Origin: an uncultured Gammaproteobacteria bacterium
Lineage (GTDB): Bacteria > Patescibacteriota > Microgenomatia > Daviesbacterales > UBA10151
DNA length: 64,000 bases
Reading direction: 5' to 3'
Assembly: GCA_964392925.1 (NCBI GenBank)
Contig: CAYMRP010000003.1
Coordinates: 50,786-114,785, forward strand
Shown: positions 9,669 through 18,048 of the stretch, piece by piece
Numbering within the stretch: position 1 is the first letter of the stretch
Layout of the letters: every line of letters starts with the position of its first letter
The notes under the pieces: generated by a model
Database searches by the model: none
The model's input: the letters and a program-made list of their open reading frames with translations, nothing else
What the model was told of the DNA's origin: nothing
Translations under genes and position numbers: made by a program

Positions 9669-11885
9669 ATGGTAAGAAAAGCCTTCGTAACTGCCGCTTT
9701 AATAGTTTCTGTATTAACACTTCTTTTTCAGATTACTTCAAGTGGGGATTTGCAAGCCGCAGAAAATTCAACCGGAGATAAGAACCGAGCTCCTGAATTT
9801 GTTAGCAATCAGATATTGATTAGATTATCTGAAGATACTGCTAGTGTAATAAGAACTAATATCCAAAAAGATCAAGCAGGCAGACTAGACTTTAAAAAAG
9901 CTGATGTAGTGAGCGGAGTGGAGGGACTTGATCAGTTTGTCCGTGCTAATGGGGCTGTGGAGATGAGACCTTCCTTCTCAAAAGGAGCAGACAGAGCAAA
10001 AAGCGAAGCTGGGGAGAAATCTAAAGCGAAGTTGAAACGGTGGTATGTTCTAACCCTAAATAAAGAAGAGAAAAAAGTTAATTCTGCTTCTGAGGAATTT
10101 AAGACACTCAAAGCTCAGGCGGACATTATAAGGAAAATTAAAGGGGTCGAAGCTGTTGAGCTGAACGGCATTTTAGAAACAGCTTATACTCCAAATGATA
10201 CTTACTATTCCAATCAGTATGCTCCTGCAAAAATCAAGGCTGATTTAGCTTGGGATTTAACGGAGGGGACATCAAGTGCTGTAGTGGCAGTTTTGGATAC
10301 TGGTATTTTGGCTGCTCATGAAGATTTAAGCGGCAAAGTAATTGCGGCTGAGAATTTTACCTCCTCAGTAAATGGAACTAATGATGTCAATGGACATGGA
10401 ACACATGTGGCTGGGATTGTAGCTGCTAATAGTAATAATTCTTTGGGTGTCGCTGGTATAAGTTCGAAAGTATCTCTTCTGAATGCAAAAGTTTTACGTG
10501 ATGATGGAGCTGGAGAGATGGATGACGTTTCGAATGGGATAGAATGGTCGGCAGATAATGGGGCAAATGTTATTAATATGAGCTTTGCTGGTAACTATGA
10601 TGAGTGTAATAGCCTAATAGAGGACTCTCTAGATTATGCGTGGAGCGAAGGAGTTCTGCTTGTGGCGGCAGGTGGGAATGGGGCTGCGAATGACATATAT
10701 ATGCCAGCGCTGTGCGATCATGTGATTTCGGTGGTAAATACTAATAGTAGTGATGCTAAATCATCAACTTCGAATTATCACGCGAGCATGACACTAGCTG
10801 CGCCAGGAGATAATTTGTATTCAACATATAATAATACTGGAGGGTTTGGTTACTATAAATATAGTTCAGGTACCTCTATGGCTTCGCCGGTAGTAGCTGG
10901 AGTTGCCGCGCTTGTTAAGTCTGCGAACTCATACTTAAATAATCAGGAAATGTATGACATATTAACCTCAACTGCTGATCCGATTAGTGGAACGGGGACT
11001 AATTGGCAATATGGAAGAGTTGATGCGCAAAAAGCATTAGCACCATCGACCAGGAACCACTATACGACAACTTATTGTTTGAGCGGTCCTGATCCTAGAA
11101 TTCATTTAAGGTGGACTAGTGTTCCAAATGCTGTCGGATACAGTGTTTATCGAACTCCAGCAGGAGGCTCTGAATCCTATTTTGGAGCGACTTCTGGGAT
11201 TGCTATAAACGATGATACTGTCTATTCAGGTCAGCAGTATTCTTATCGGGTTGTTGCTCAGTTTGCAGACAGCAGTACTTTATCCGGAGTTGGTCATTCG
11301 ATAACCTCGGTGACTTGCGGTTACCCTAATCTCAACAGCAGCACCTCAGCTTATTGTGTTGGCGGAGGTACAACTTCCAGAATTCATCTACAATGGGATG
11401 CTGTAGCTGATGCATCATATTACAATATATACAGAACTCCAGCAGGAGGCTCTGAATCCTATTTTGGAGCGACTTCTGGGATTGCTGTAAATGATGAAAC
11501 AGTCTATCCAGGTCAGCAATATAATTATCGAATAGTTGCGGTGTTTCCAGATAGTACAACTCTTGCCGGGGTGCCTGAGACTCTAACAGCAGATGTTTGT
11601 GTTGAGCCGAATTTTAACAGCAGCACCTCAGCTTATTGTGTTGGCGGAGGTGCAACCTCTAGAATTCATCTACAATGGGACGCTGTTCCTCATACATCTA
11701 TGTATAAGCTTTACAGAACTGTATCCGGATCTGAATCTTTGTTTGGTGTAACATCCGGTGTGGCTGTTAATGATGACACAGTAACGGGAGCTCAGAATTA
11801 TTCATACCGGGTAGAAGCCTGGTTCCCAGACAACAGCATACTCAATGGTGATCCGGGTTCGTACACTGCAGTAAGCTGCCCTTAA
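9669..11885 (+). CDS. Secreted S8 (subtilisin/thermitase-like) serine peptidase with three C-terminal Fn3-like repeats
   Basis: Signal peptide, prodomain, triad VLDTG / HGTHVAG / GTSMASP; three ~94-aa Cys-bounded beta-rich repeats. Confidence 0.92.
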   Translation: MVRKAFVTAALIVSVLTLLFQITSSGDLQAAENSTGDKNRAPEFVSNQILIRLSEDTASVIRTNIQKDQAGRLDFKKADVVSGVEGLDQFVRANGAVEMRPSFSKGADRAKSEAGEKSKAKLKRWYVLTLNKEEKKVNSASEEFKTLKAQADIIRKIKGVEAVELNGILETAYTPNDTYYSNQYAPAKIKADLAWDLTEGTSSAVVAVLDTGILAAHEDLSGKVIAAENFTSSVNGTNDVNGHGTHVAGIVAANSNNSLGVAGISSKVSLLNAKVLRDDGAGEMDDVSNGIEWSADNGANVINMSFAGNYDECNSLIEDSLDYAWSEGVLLVAAGGNGAANDIYMPALCDHVISVVNTNSSDAKSSTSNYHASMTLAAPGDNLYSTYNNTGGFGYYKYSSGTSMASPVVAGVAALVKSANSYLNNQEMYDILTSTADPISGTGTNWQYGRVDAQKALAPSTRNHYTTTYCLSGPDPRIHLRWTSVPNAVGYSVYRTPAGGSESYFGATSGIAINDDTVYSGQQYSYRVVAQFADSSTLSGVGHSITSVTCGYPNLNSSTSAYCVGGGTTSRIHLQWDAVADASYYNIYRTPAGGSESYFGATSGIAVNDETVYPGQQYNYRIVAVFPDSTTLAGVPETLTADVCVEPNFNSSTSAYCVGGGATSRIHLQWDAVPHTSMYKLYRTVSGSESLFGVTSGVAVNDDTVTGAQNYSYRVEAWFPDNSILNGDPGSYTAVSCP
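11052..11882 (+). repeat. Three ~282-bp intragenic tandem repeats
   Basis: 53-bp identity 11152-11204 vs 11434-11486; 36-bp identity 11334-11369 vs 11616-11651; both offsets are 282 nt. Confidence 0.9.
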
Positions 11886-11917
11886 TTCTCCCTTTATTTT
11901 TCGGCTATAATTAATCT

Positions 11918-12130
11918 GTGAAGCTTTTTGAGAAATACGAGAGATCAGTAACTAAAACAGTAACCTACAGAATCTTAATTGTTATTTCAACATTTATTGT
12001 GACCTATTTTTTAACCGGAGAAGTCAGATTAAGTATTGAGATTACAGCTGTGGCGAATATTATTAATACTTTCTTATACTTTTTGCATGAAAGAATATGG
12101 AATAGAATCGGCTGGGGGAGAACTAAATAA
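11918..12130 (+). CDS. DUF2061 family membrane protein
   Basis: RSVTKTVTYR ... LYFLHERIWNRIGWG. Confidence 0.85.
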   Translation: MKLFEKYERSVTKTVTYRILIVISTFIVTYFLTGEVRLSIEITAVANIINTFLYFLHERIWNRIGWGRTK

Positions 12131-12132
12131 TT

Positions 12133-12690
12133 ATGCAGAGCGTATTTTTTCAGACTGCAGAGGAATTTCGGAAATGGTTAGAAGAGAATTATGATAAGAA
12201 GTCCGAAATTTGGGTAAAGTTTAATAAAAAGGCTTCCGGAAAAGGCGGAATGGATCGCAAAGAAGCGCTTGATGAAGTGCTATGTTTTGGTTGGATTGAC
12301 GGAATTGTTAAGAGCTTAGACGAAGAGTCTTTTATTCAAAGATATACTCCTCGGACCAAGAAAAGTATGTGGTCGAAGATTAATACAGCTAATATTGAGA
12401 GACTAATTAAAGAAGGGAAAATGAAAGAATCGGGATTGAGGGAGGTTGAGCTTGCACAGGCGGATGGAAGATGGGAGGCGGCTTATGATTCACCAACAAA
12501 TTCAAAAGTTCCCGAGGACTTTATGGAACAATTAAAGAAGAATAAAAAAGCAGAAGTATTTTTTGGAAGTTTAAATAAAACAAGTTTATTCATGATTGCT
12601 TATAGACTGCAAACTGCTAAAACTAGAGAGACCCGAGAGAAACGGACTAAGGATATTATTGATAAACTTGAGGTCGGCATAAAACTTTAA
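12133..12690 (+). CDS. YdeI/OmpD-associated family protein
   Basis: FRKWLEEN, EVLCFGWIDG, TPRTKKSMWSKIN, DGRWEAAYD. Confidence 0.9.
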   Translation: MQSVFFQTAEEFRKWLEENYDKKSEIWVKFNKKASGKGGMDRKEALDEVLCFGWIDGIVKSLDEESFIQRYTPRTKKSMWSKINTANIERLIKEGKMKESGLREVELAQADGRWEAAYDSPTNSKVPEDFMEQLKKNKKAEVFFGSLNKTSLFMIAYRLQTAKTRETREKRTKDIIDKLEVGIKL

Positions 12691-12747
12691 GACTACAAAC
12701 TATCCTATAGAGTTGATTTTTTATGATATTTGTGATATTATTCTTCT

Positions 12748-13038
12748 ATGAGTGGAGAAGTACAAAATGGTGGGCATGCAGTATATAGAATAGGACGTGT
12801 TGAAACAGCGATTGGTGCTGCAAGATTTGTTTGTGCTTTAACAGGTGCTGTGGCAAGAGGAACTGCTGGACGGACTTTAGAGGGAGTTTTGGCTGGGACT
12901 GAAGTAATAGTCCCGAGGGTGGGTCATGTAGTAGAGGATGTTGCATTGGAGTTGAGAAGAGCTGGAAAGAACGGACAGATTGTATTTAAAGCTATTGCCG
13001 CAGGAGTTCAAAGAGGATTAAGAGGGGCTGCTCACTAA
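12748..13038 (+). CDS. Hypothetical orphan protein
   Basis: 96-aa ORF with TATTAT 6 nt upstream of ATG; no recognisable motif. Confidence 0.5.
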   Translation: MSGEVQNGGHAVYRIGRVETAIGAARFVCALTGAVARGTAGRTLEGVLAGTEVIVPRVGHVVEDVALELRRAGKNGQIVFKAIAAGVQRGLRGAAH

Positions 13039-13046
13039 AAAGGTAG

Positions 13047-13231
13047 TTGACATTGATACTAGAAATAATACAATTAAAGAAGTTATGAATATGAAATCTA
13101 ATGTTTGTTTTAAATGGCATCACAACCGCACCCTTATTGGGGAGGCGGAGCTGATGCTGTAAGTCCAGCAGAAAAAGGACTTGCAAAGCAAAAAGCTTTA
13201 ACCGCCAATCTAAAAAAGAGGCGGTTTTTTT
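13047..13231 (+). promoter_or_regulatory. Promoter, leader ORF and alternative-hairpin attenuator
   Basis: TTGACA (13047)-N16-TACAAT (13069); leader ORF 13085-13162; terminator AACCGCC..GGCGGTT+T run (13200-13231); upstream AACCGC (13124) and GGCGG (13144) offer competing pairings. Confidence 0.6.
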
Positions 13232-13243
13232 GTGGAGAAAACT

Positions 13244-14029
13244 ATGATTTCAGAAAGAGATGCAAATTTAGGAATACAGGGTAGAGTTCCTCTGAGGGAG
13301 GGTTCAATTCTTGTTACCAAAACTCCAGGGAAAACTCCAGAAATGGTGTTTGTTGAGAGAGTGTTAGAAGGAAGAGGAGCAGAGATGATTAACTTACGTG
13401 ATGGCAGACCTTTTAGTACAAGTTTAAGTTCGTTAGAAAGAGGTCGGGTTGGTAGATCAGAAGTCGTTGGAGAATTTAGTAGAGGTAAAGGGGTTGAAAA
13501 CACTTCAGATTCTAAACTAGATAGTGATATGGTTGTCGTGAAACCTAAAGGATCAGATGAAGAAATCTTTACGATTGTTACAGGGATAGAATCAGGTCAT
13601 GCAATCCTTTCAACGCCTGAGAGACCTAATAGCCAAATGTTTAGAATTCCGACACAGGATTTAAAAGAAGGAAGAAGCGAAGCTTTCGATTTTGAACCCG
13701 TGCCGAGTAAGTTTTCATTATTAAAAGATGCCCATACGCTTAATGCACCAAATGTTTCACCTCCGATAGAGGAGAGGGCGATTGCTGTATGTTCTTATGG
13801 AGTGCCCTCAAGAGATGTGGATACAGGAGCTATTATTGGAGACTGTCTGCCTGAGAGGTCAATTGAGGACATAGCAAAAGATCCGAATGCGGTATTTTTA
13901 GAGGGAATGAAAATGGCAGCAGTCTGGATGGCTGAGGAGGGGAATGGACGAGGACTAGTGGCTTTAGCTGCTTTAAGTGTAGGAACCTTAGCAGGATTAC
14001 CTATTTTAAATAGAGGAATTGATAGTTAA
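13244..14029 (+). CDS. Hypothetical orphan protein with C-terminal hydrophobic segment
   Basis: Long ORF; GGAG 6 nt before ATG 13244 (alternative GTG 13232); no family recognised. Confidence 0.6.
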   Translation: MISERDANLGIQGRVPLREGSILVTKTPGKTPEMVFVERVLEGRGAEMINLRDGRPFSTSLSSLERGRVGRSEVVGEFSRGKGVENTSDSKLDSDMVVVKPKGSDEEIFTIVTGIESGHAILSTPERPNSQMFRIPTQDLKEGRSEAFDFEPVPSKFSLLKDAHTLNAPNVSPPIEERAIAVCSYGVPSRDVDTGAIIGDCLPERSIEDIAKDPNAVFLEGMKMAAVWMAEEGNGRGLVALAALSVGTLAGLPILNRGIDS

Positions 14030-14047
14030 GAGTATTTTAACTATAAT
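14019..14047 (+). promoter_or_regulatory. Sigma70 promoter of trp leader
   Basis: TTGATA (14019-14024)-N17-TATAAT (14042-14047). Confidence 0.75.
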
Positions 14048-14054
14048 TATGTAC

Positions 14055-14257
14055 TGACTGTGAAGGAATCGGTTGGGATTCTGGAGTCAATTAGGCTATC
14101 TTTTAAGAATGTCTAATACAGAGACGAAACTGAAAAGACTGTAGCGGATGTTGGAAATCAAAGTCCGTCAAGAATAAGTATTAATATCAAGGTGGCACCG
14201 CCAATTTGTTGGCCCTTGTTTGTTCATCAGATTTTGGTGAATGAGCAAGGGCTTTTT
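14055..14257 (+). ncRNA. T-box riboswitch, Trp-specific, transcriptional
   Basis: Antiterminator CAAGG-[TGGCACC]-GCCAA-TTTG-TTGGC-CCTTG (14188-14218); mutually exclusive terminator GCCCTTGTT..AGCAAGGGC-TTTTT (14212-14257); GTCCGTCA F-box-like motif; lies upstream of trpE. Confidence 0.92.
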
Positions 14258-14270
14258 GTTTGGAGAAAAT

Positions 14271-15650
14271 ATGAAATTGCCGAAGATTATTTTGAGTAAA
14301 AAACCGACTTACCTAAAGATTGCTGAGGGGTTGGATTTGTTTGAGGTTTTTTCGAAAATAGAGAATAAGTCTGAGGATTGTTTTATTCTGGAATCACTGG
14401 GTGAACAAAATAGTTTATCCAGATATTCGATTGTGGGGTTTGACCCGAAGCATATAATTTCGGCGCGAGGTAATAGTTTATTCTTTGATGATGAAGAGTT
14501 TAGCTTTGATGACCCTACTTCGCCAGGGCTTCGCGGGGCGAGAAATCCGTATTTTGCTTTGAGGGAGATTGTGCCGCAAGACTTATTCTCCAAGTTTTAT
14601 GCCGGAGGTTTGGTCGGCTTTTTGAGTTATGAAGCAGCAAATTATTTTGAGCCATCTTTAAAGCTAAAGGAACATAAAGATTTTGAGGCATTTAAATTTG
14701 GAGTTTATTTGGACGGACTGGTTTTGGATAAAATAACCGGTGAGCTATTTTATTTTTATTACGACGAGAATCGTATTGAGACGGTACGAGCAATAATTAA
14801 GGCAAAAGTAGAAAAAGGGAATGTAGAAGTGAAGTTTTTAGGAGATACGTTGGACGGAAGAGGACATCAGCGGAATGTTGAATATGTACTTGATCAAATA
14901 AAACGAGGAAATACTTTTCAATGCGAAGTGGGTTTTAAATCAGAATTTAAAATTGAGGGCAACAGTCTTTTGATATACGAGGATTTGAGAAAAGTTAATC
15001 CATCTCCATTTATGTACTATTTAAAATTTAGTGAGCAAAAAATTGTTGGTGCCAGTCCAGAACTTTTGTTTAGATTAAAGAGTGGGGATATGGAGACATT
15101 TCCACTAGCTGGAACGATTAAGCGGGGCAAAACAGAGGAAGAAGATATCAAACTGGCAAGGGAATTATTAAATGATCCAAAAGAAATTGCTGAACATAAT
15201 ATGTTGGTTGATTTGCATAGAAATGATTTAGGAAGAGTAGCGAAATTCGGAACGGTTAAGGTGAGAAGTTTAATGGATATAAAAAAGTTTTCGCACGTTC
15301 AACATATCTCATCTGAAATTTCAGGGGTAATTAAAGAAGATTGTGATATGTTTTGCAGTTTGTCGGCATCATTTCCGGCAGGAACTCTTACAGGGGCTCC
15401 GAAAATAGAATCGATGAAGATAATTAATAAACTAGAGAATAGTCCGCGCGGTCCGTATGGAGGTGCTGTAGGGCATTTTGGATTTGATGGGAATTGTACA
15501 TTTGCAATTTCGATTAGATCGCTGTTTATTTCTGGGGAATATGGGTATGCGCAAACTTCAGGGGGAGTTGTAGCGGATTCGGAGGCGGATAAAGAGTATG
15601 AGGAAATTGTTAGAAAGCTTGCAGCAATGAAGAAAGTTTTAGAAGTATGA
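14271..15650 (+). CDS. trpE: Anthranilate synthase component I
   Basis: ILESL, NPSPFMY, GASPELL, PLAGT, AEHNMLVDLHRND, FPAGTLTGAPK; start placed after the T-box terminator. Confidence 0.95.
   Translation: MKLPKIILSKKPTYLKIAEGLDLFEVFSKIENKSEDCFILESLGEQNSLSRYSIVGFDPKHIISARGNSLFFDDEEFSFDDPTSPGLRGARNPYFALREIVPQDLFSKFYAGGLVGFLSYEAANYFEPSLKLKEHKDFEAFKFGVYLDGLVLDKITGELFYFYYDENRIETVRAIIKAKVEKGNVEVKFLGDTLDGRGHQRNVEYVLDQIKRGNTFQCEVGFKSEFKIEGNSLLIYEDLRKVNPSPFMYYLKFSEQKIVGASPELLFRLKSGDMETFPLAGTIKRGKTEEEDIKLARELLNDPKEIAEHNMLVDLHRNDLGRVAKFGTVKVRSLMDIKKFSHVQHISSEISGVIKEDCDMFCSLSASFPAGTLTGAPKIESMKIINKLENSPRGPYGGAVGHFGFDGNCTFAISIRSLFISGEYGYAQTSGGVVADSEADKEYEEIVRKLAAMKKVLEV
14511..14543 (+). repeat. REP-like GC-rich palindromic insertion inside trpE
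   Basis: GACCCTACTTCGCCAGGGCTTCGCGGGGCGAGA with twin CTTCG in AT-rich context; read in frame as DPTSPGLRGAR. Confidence 0.55.
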
Positions 15651-16240
15651 AAGTACTAATAGTTGATAATTACGATTCATTTACATATAACCTTTATCAG
15701 TTGGTAGGGGAGATTTTGGAGAAAGAAAATAAAAATTTTAGACTTGATGTTTTTCGTAATAATGAAATTACAACTTCGGAAATCGAAAAAGCTGGTTATG
15801 AAAAAATTATTATTTCCCCGGGTCCAGGGGATCCGTCTGATAAAAATTATTTTGGGATTTGTGGTGATGTTTTAATATCTTTAGGAAAAACAATTCCGGT
15901 TTTAGGAATTTGTTTAGGAATGCAGGGACTCGGATATTATTACGGAGCGAAAGTATCTGCGGCCTCTAAAGTAATGCATGGTAAAACATCGATAATAAAT
16001 CATTCTGGCAAAGGGTTGTTTCAAAACTTGCCTCAAGATTTGGAGGTAATGAGATACCACTCACTGATTGTAGAAAGAAGAGATTTGCCTAATGATTTGG
16101 AAATTCTAGCGACAAGTGAAGATGGGGAAATAATGGGCTTGCAGCACAAAAAATATCCAGTATCCGGTGTGCAGTTTCATCCTGAATCTTTTGCAACAGA
16201 AGGGGGGAAGCAGATTATTAAAAACTTCCTGTTTAACTAA
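15647..16240 (+). CDS. trpG: Anthranilate synthase component II (glutamine amidotransferase)
   Basis: VDNYDSFTYNL, ISPGPG, LGICLGMQ, QFHPES. Confidence 0.95.
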   Translation: MKVLIVDNYDSFTYNLYQLVGEILEKENKNFRLDVFRNNEITTSEIEKAGYEKIIISPGPGDPSDKNYFGICGDVLISLGKTIPVLGICLGMQGLGYYYGAKVSAASKVMHGKTSIINHSGKGLFQNLPQDLEVMRYHSLIVERRDLPNDLEILATSEDGEIMGLQHKKYPVSGVQFHPESFATEGGKQIIKNFLFN

Positions 16241-16241
16241 G

Positions 16242-17255
16242 ATGACTATTAAAGATTTCGCTAAATTACTAAAGAGTAAAAAAGATTTGAGTGAGAATCA
16301 GGCTAAAGATTTGCTGGGTTTATTGATGGACAATGATACGAATGACGAGCAAATTGCGGAGATTCTAATTTTACTTTCTGAGAAAGGTGAGTCTATTTCT
16401 GAGATAACAGGTTTTATAAAAGGAATGAGAGAGTTAATGGTGGAGATTGAAAGTTCACCAGAGACGATTGATATTGTGGGAACTGGAGGAGATGGTTCGA
16501 ATTCATTCAATATTTCGACTGTTTCAGCAATTGTGGCTGCGAGCTGCGGAGCTGTGGTTGCTAAGCATGGAAATAGAGCGGCATCTTCTCTTTGCGGGAG
16601 TGCGGATGTTTTAGAAGAGTTGGGGGTGAATATAAATTTAAATTCTAAGACGGCGGAGGAGGTTTTGAGAAAATACGGAATGGTATTTTTGTTTGCAAGG
16701 GTTTTTCATCCGGCGATGAAAAAAGTAGGCCCTGTTCGAAAGGAATTAAAGAGACGAACAATTTTTAATTACTTAGGTCCTTTTTTGAATCCCGCAAAAG
16801 TTAGGAGAATGCTTTTAGGGGCGGCTAATATGATACTGGCGCGAAAACTATTAGAGATTGCTAAGCAGTTGGAATATGAGCATGTGCTTATTGTGACAAG
16901 TGATGATGGATTGGACGAAATAAGTATTGCCAGTAAGACAACAGTTTTGGAATTAAAGAATGGGGTTAGTAAAGAATTTATTATTGATCCGCAGAAGTTA
17001 GGTTTTGGGGTATTTAAGAAAAGCGATTTGATTGGCGGGGATCCTGCTAGAAACGGACAAATTGTTAGGGATATTTTGGACGGAAAAGAGCAAGGGGCGA
17101 AAAGGGAATCAGTAGTTCTAAATAGCGCCTACGCTTTACTTGTTTCGGGTCGAGTATCAAATGTTTCAGATGGAATTAAAATGTCGAGGGAAGCAATTGA
17201 TTCAAGAAAATCATTTGAACTATTAAAAAAATTAAGGAGGGTGACTAATGAATGA
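16242..17255 (+). CDS. trpD: Anthranilate phosphoribosyltransferase
   Basis: DIVGTGGDG..FNIST, AKHGNRA, GSADVLE, DGLDEI. Confidence 0.95.
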   Translation: MTIKDFAKLLKSKKDLSENQAKDLLGLLMDNDTNDEQIAEILILLSEKGESISEITGFIKGMRELMVEIESSPETIDIVGTGGDGSNSFNISTVSAIVAASCGAVVAKHGNRAASSLCGSADVLEELGVNINLNSKTAEEVLRKYGMVFLFARVFHPAMKKVGPVRKELKRRTIFNYLGPFLNPAKVRRMLLGAANMILARKLLEIAKQLEYEHVLIVTSDDGLDEISIASKTTVLELKNGVSKEFIIDPQKLGFGVFKKSDLIGGDPARNGQIVRDILDGKEQGAKRESVVLNSAYALLVSGRVSNVSDGIKMSREAIDSRKSFELLKKLRRVTNE

Positions 17256-18048
17256 AATGTTGAAGAAAATAGTTGAAGCGAATAGAGAAGATTTGAACTT
17301 ACGAAAAAAAGAGATTTCGCAAAAAGAGTTGGAAGAGAAATTATTTGGAATTACTAAATGTTTAGATTTTAGAAAAGTTTTTGAAACTGAGTTTGGAATT
17401 ATCGCAGAGATAAAACTAGCTTCACCATCAACTGGCGATTTAATAATGCCCGGGCAAATTTTACAAATTGTTGAAGATTACAAAAAAGGCGGGGCTAAGG
17501 CTATATCGGTCGTTACAGAGAAGCATTTTTTTAAAGGCGATATAAAACTTATAAAAGAAGTAAAACAGAAAACGGGGCTTCTTATTTTGCAAAAGGATTT
17601 TGTTGTTGATAGATATCAAATTCTTGAAGCCCGGATTGCGGGAGCAGATGCATTACTATTAATTGCAAAGATTTTAGATCCAGAGCAAATTAAGGAATTT
17701 GTGGAATTATGTTTTGAGTTGGGGATTGAACCGGTGGTAGAGATATATGATGAAGAAGATTTGATTAAAGCTCAGAATACTAAGACCCGGATTATCGCTG
17801 TTAATGCAAGGGACCTGAATACTTTTGAAATTAATATTGACAGAGCTTGTGAACTGATAAATAAGATTCCAGAAGATTTTTTGAGGTTGGGGTTTTCAGG
17901 GGTTAATACGAAAGAGGAGATTTTAAAGTATAAAAAGGCAGGAGCTAGAGGAGTTCTGATAGGGAGTAGTTTGATTAAGGCTTTGGATAGAGTAAAATTT
18001 TTGGAGGAATTAAGTGATTTTGCATCCACTGGAGATAAGAATGATTAA
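17248..18048 (+). CDS. trpC: Indole-3-glycerol phosphate synthase
   Basis: IIAEIKLASPSTG, AISVVTE, KDFVVD, VNARDL. Confidence 0.95.
   Translation: MNEMLKKIVEANREDLNLRKKEISQKELEEKLFGITKCLDFRKVFETEFGIIAEIKLASPSTGDLIMPGQILQIVEDYKKGGAKAISVVTEKHFFKGDIKLIKEVKQKTGLLILQKDFVVDRYQILEARIAGADALLLIAKILDPEQIKEFVELCFELGIEPVVEIYDEEDLIKAQNTKTRIIAVNARDLNTFEINIDRACELINKIPEDFLRLGFSGVNTKEEILKYKKAGARGVLIGSSLIKALDRVKFLEELSDFASTGDKND

Noticed and set aside
11052-11882. Possible DGR template/variable repeat pair
   Set aside because: Repeats are in-frame tandem protein domains, differences are not confined to adenines, and no reverse transcriptase is present.
1406-12700. Intact prophage or integrative element downstream of tRNA-Asn
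   Set aside because: No integrase, transposase or phage genes, and no further copy of the tRNA 3' end was noticed at the far side.
14241-14270. ORF-track start of trpE at 14241
   Set aside because: Lies inside the T-box terminator stem; ATG 14271 with upstream GGAG is more plausible.
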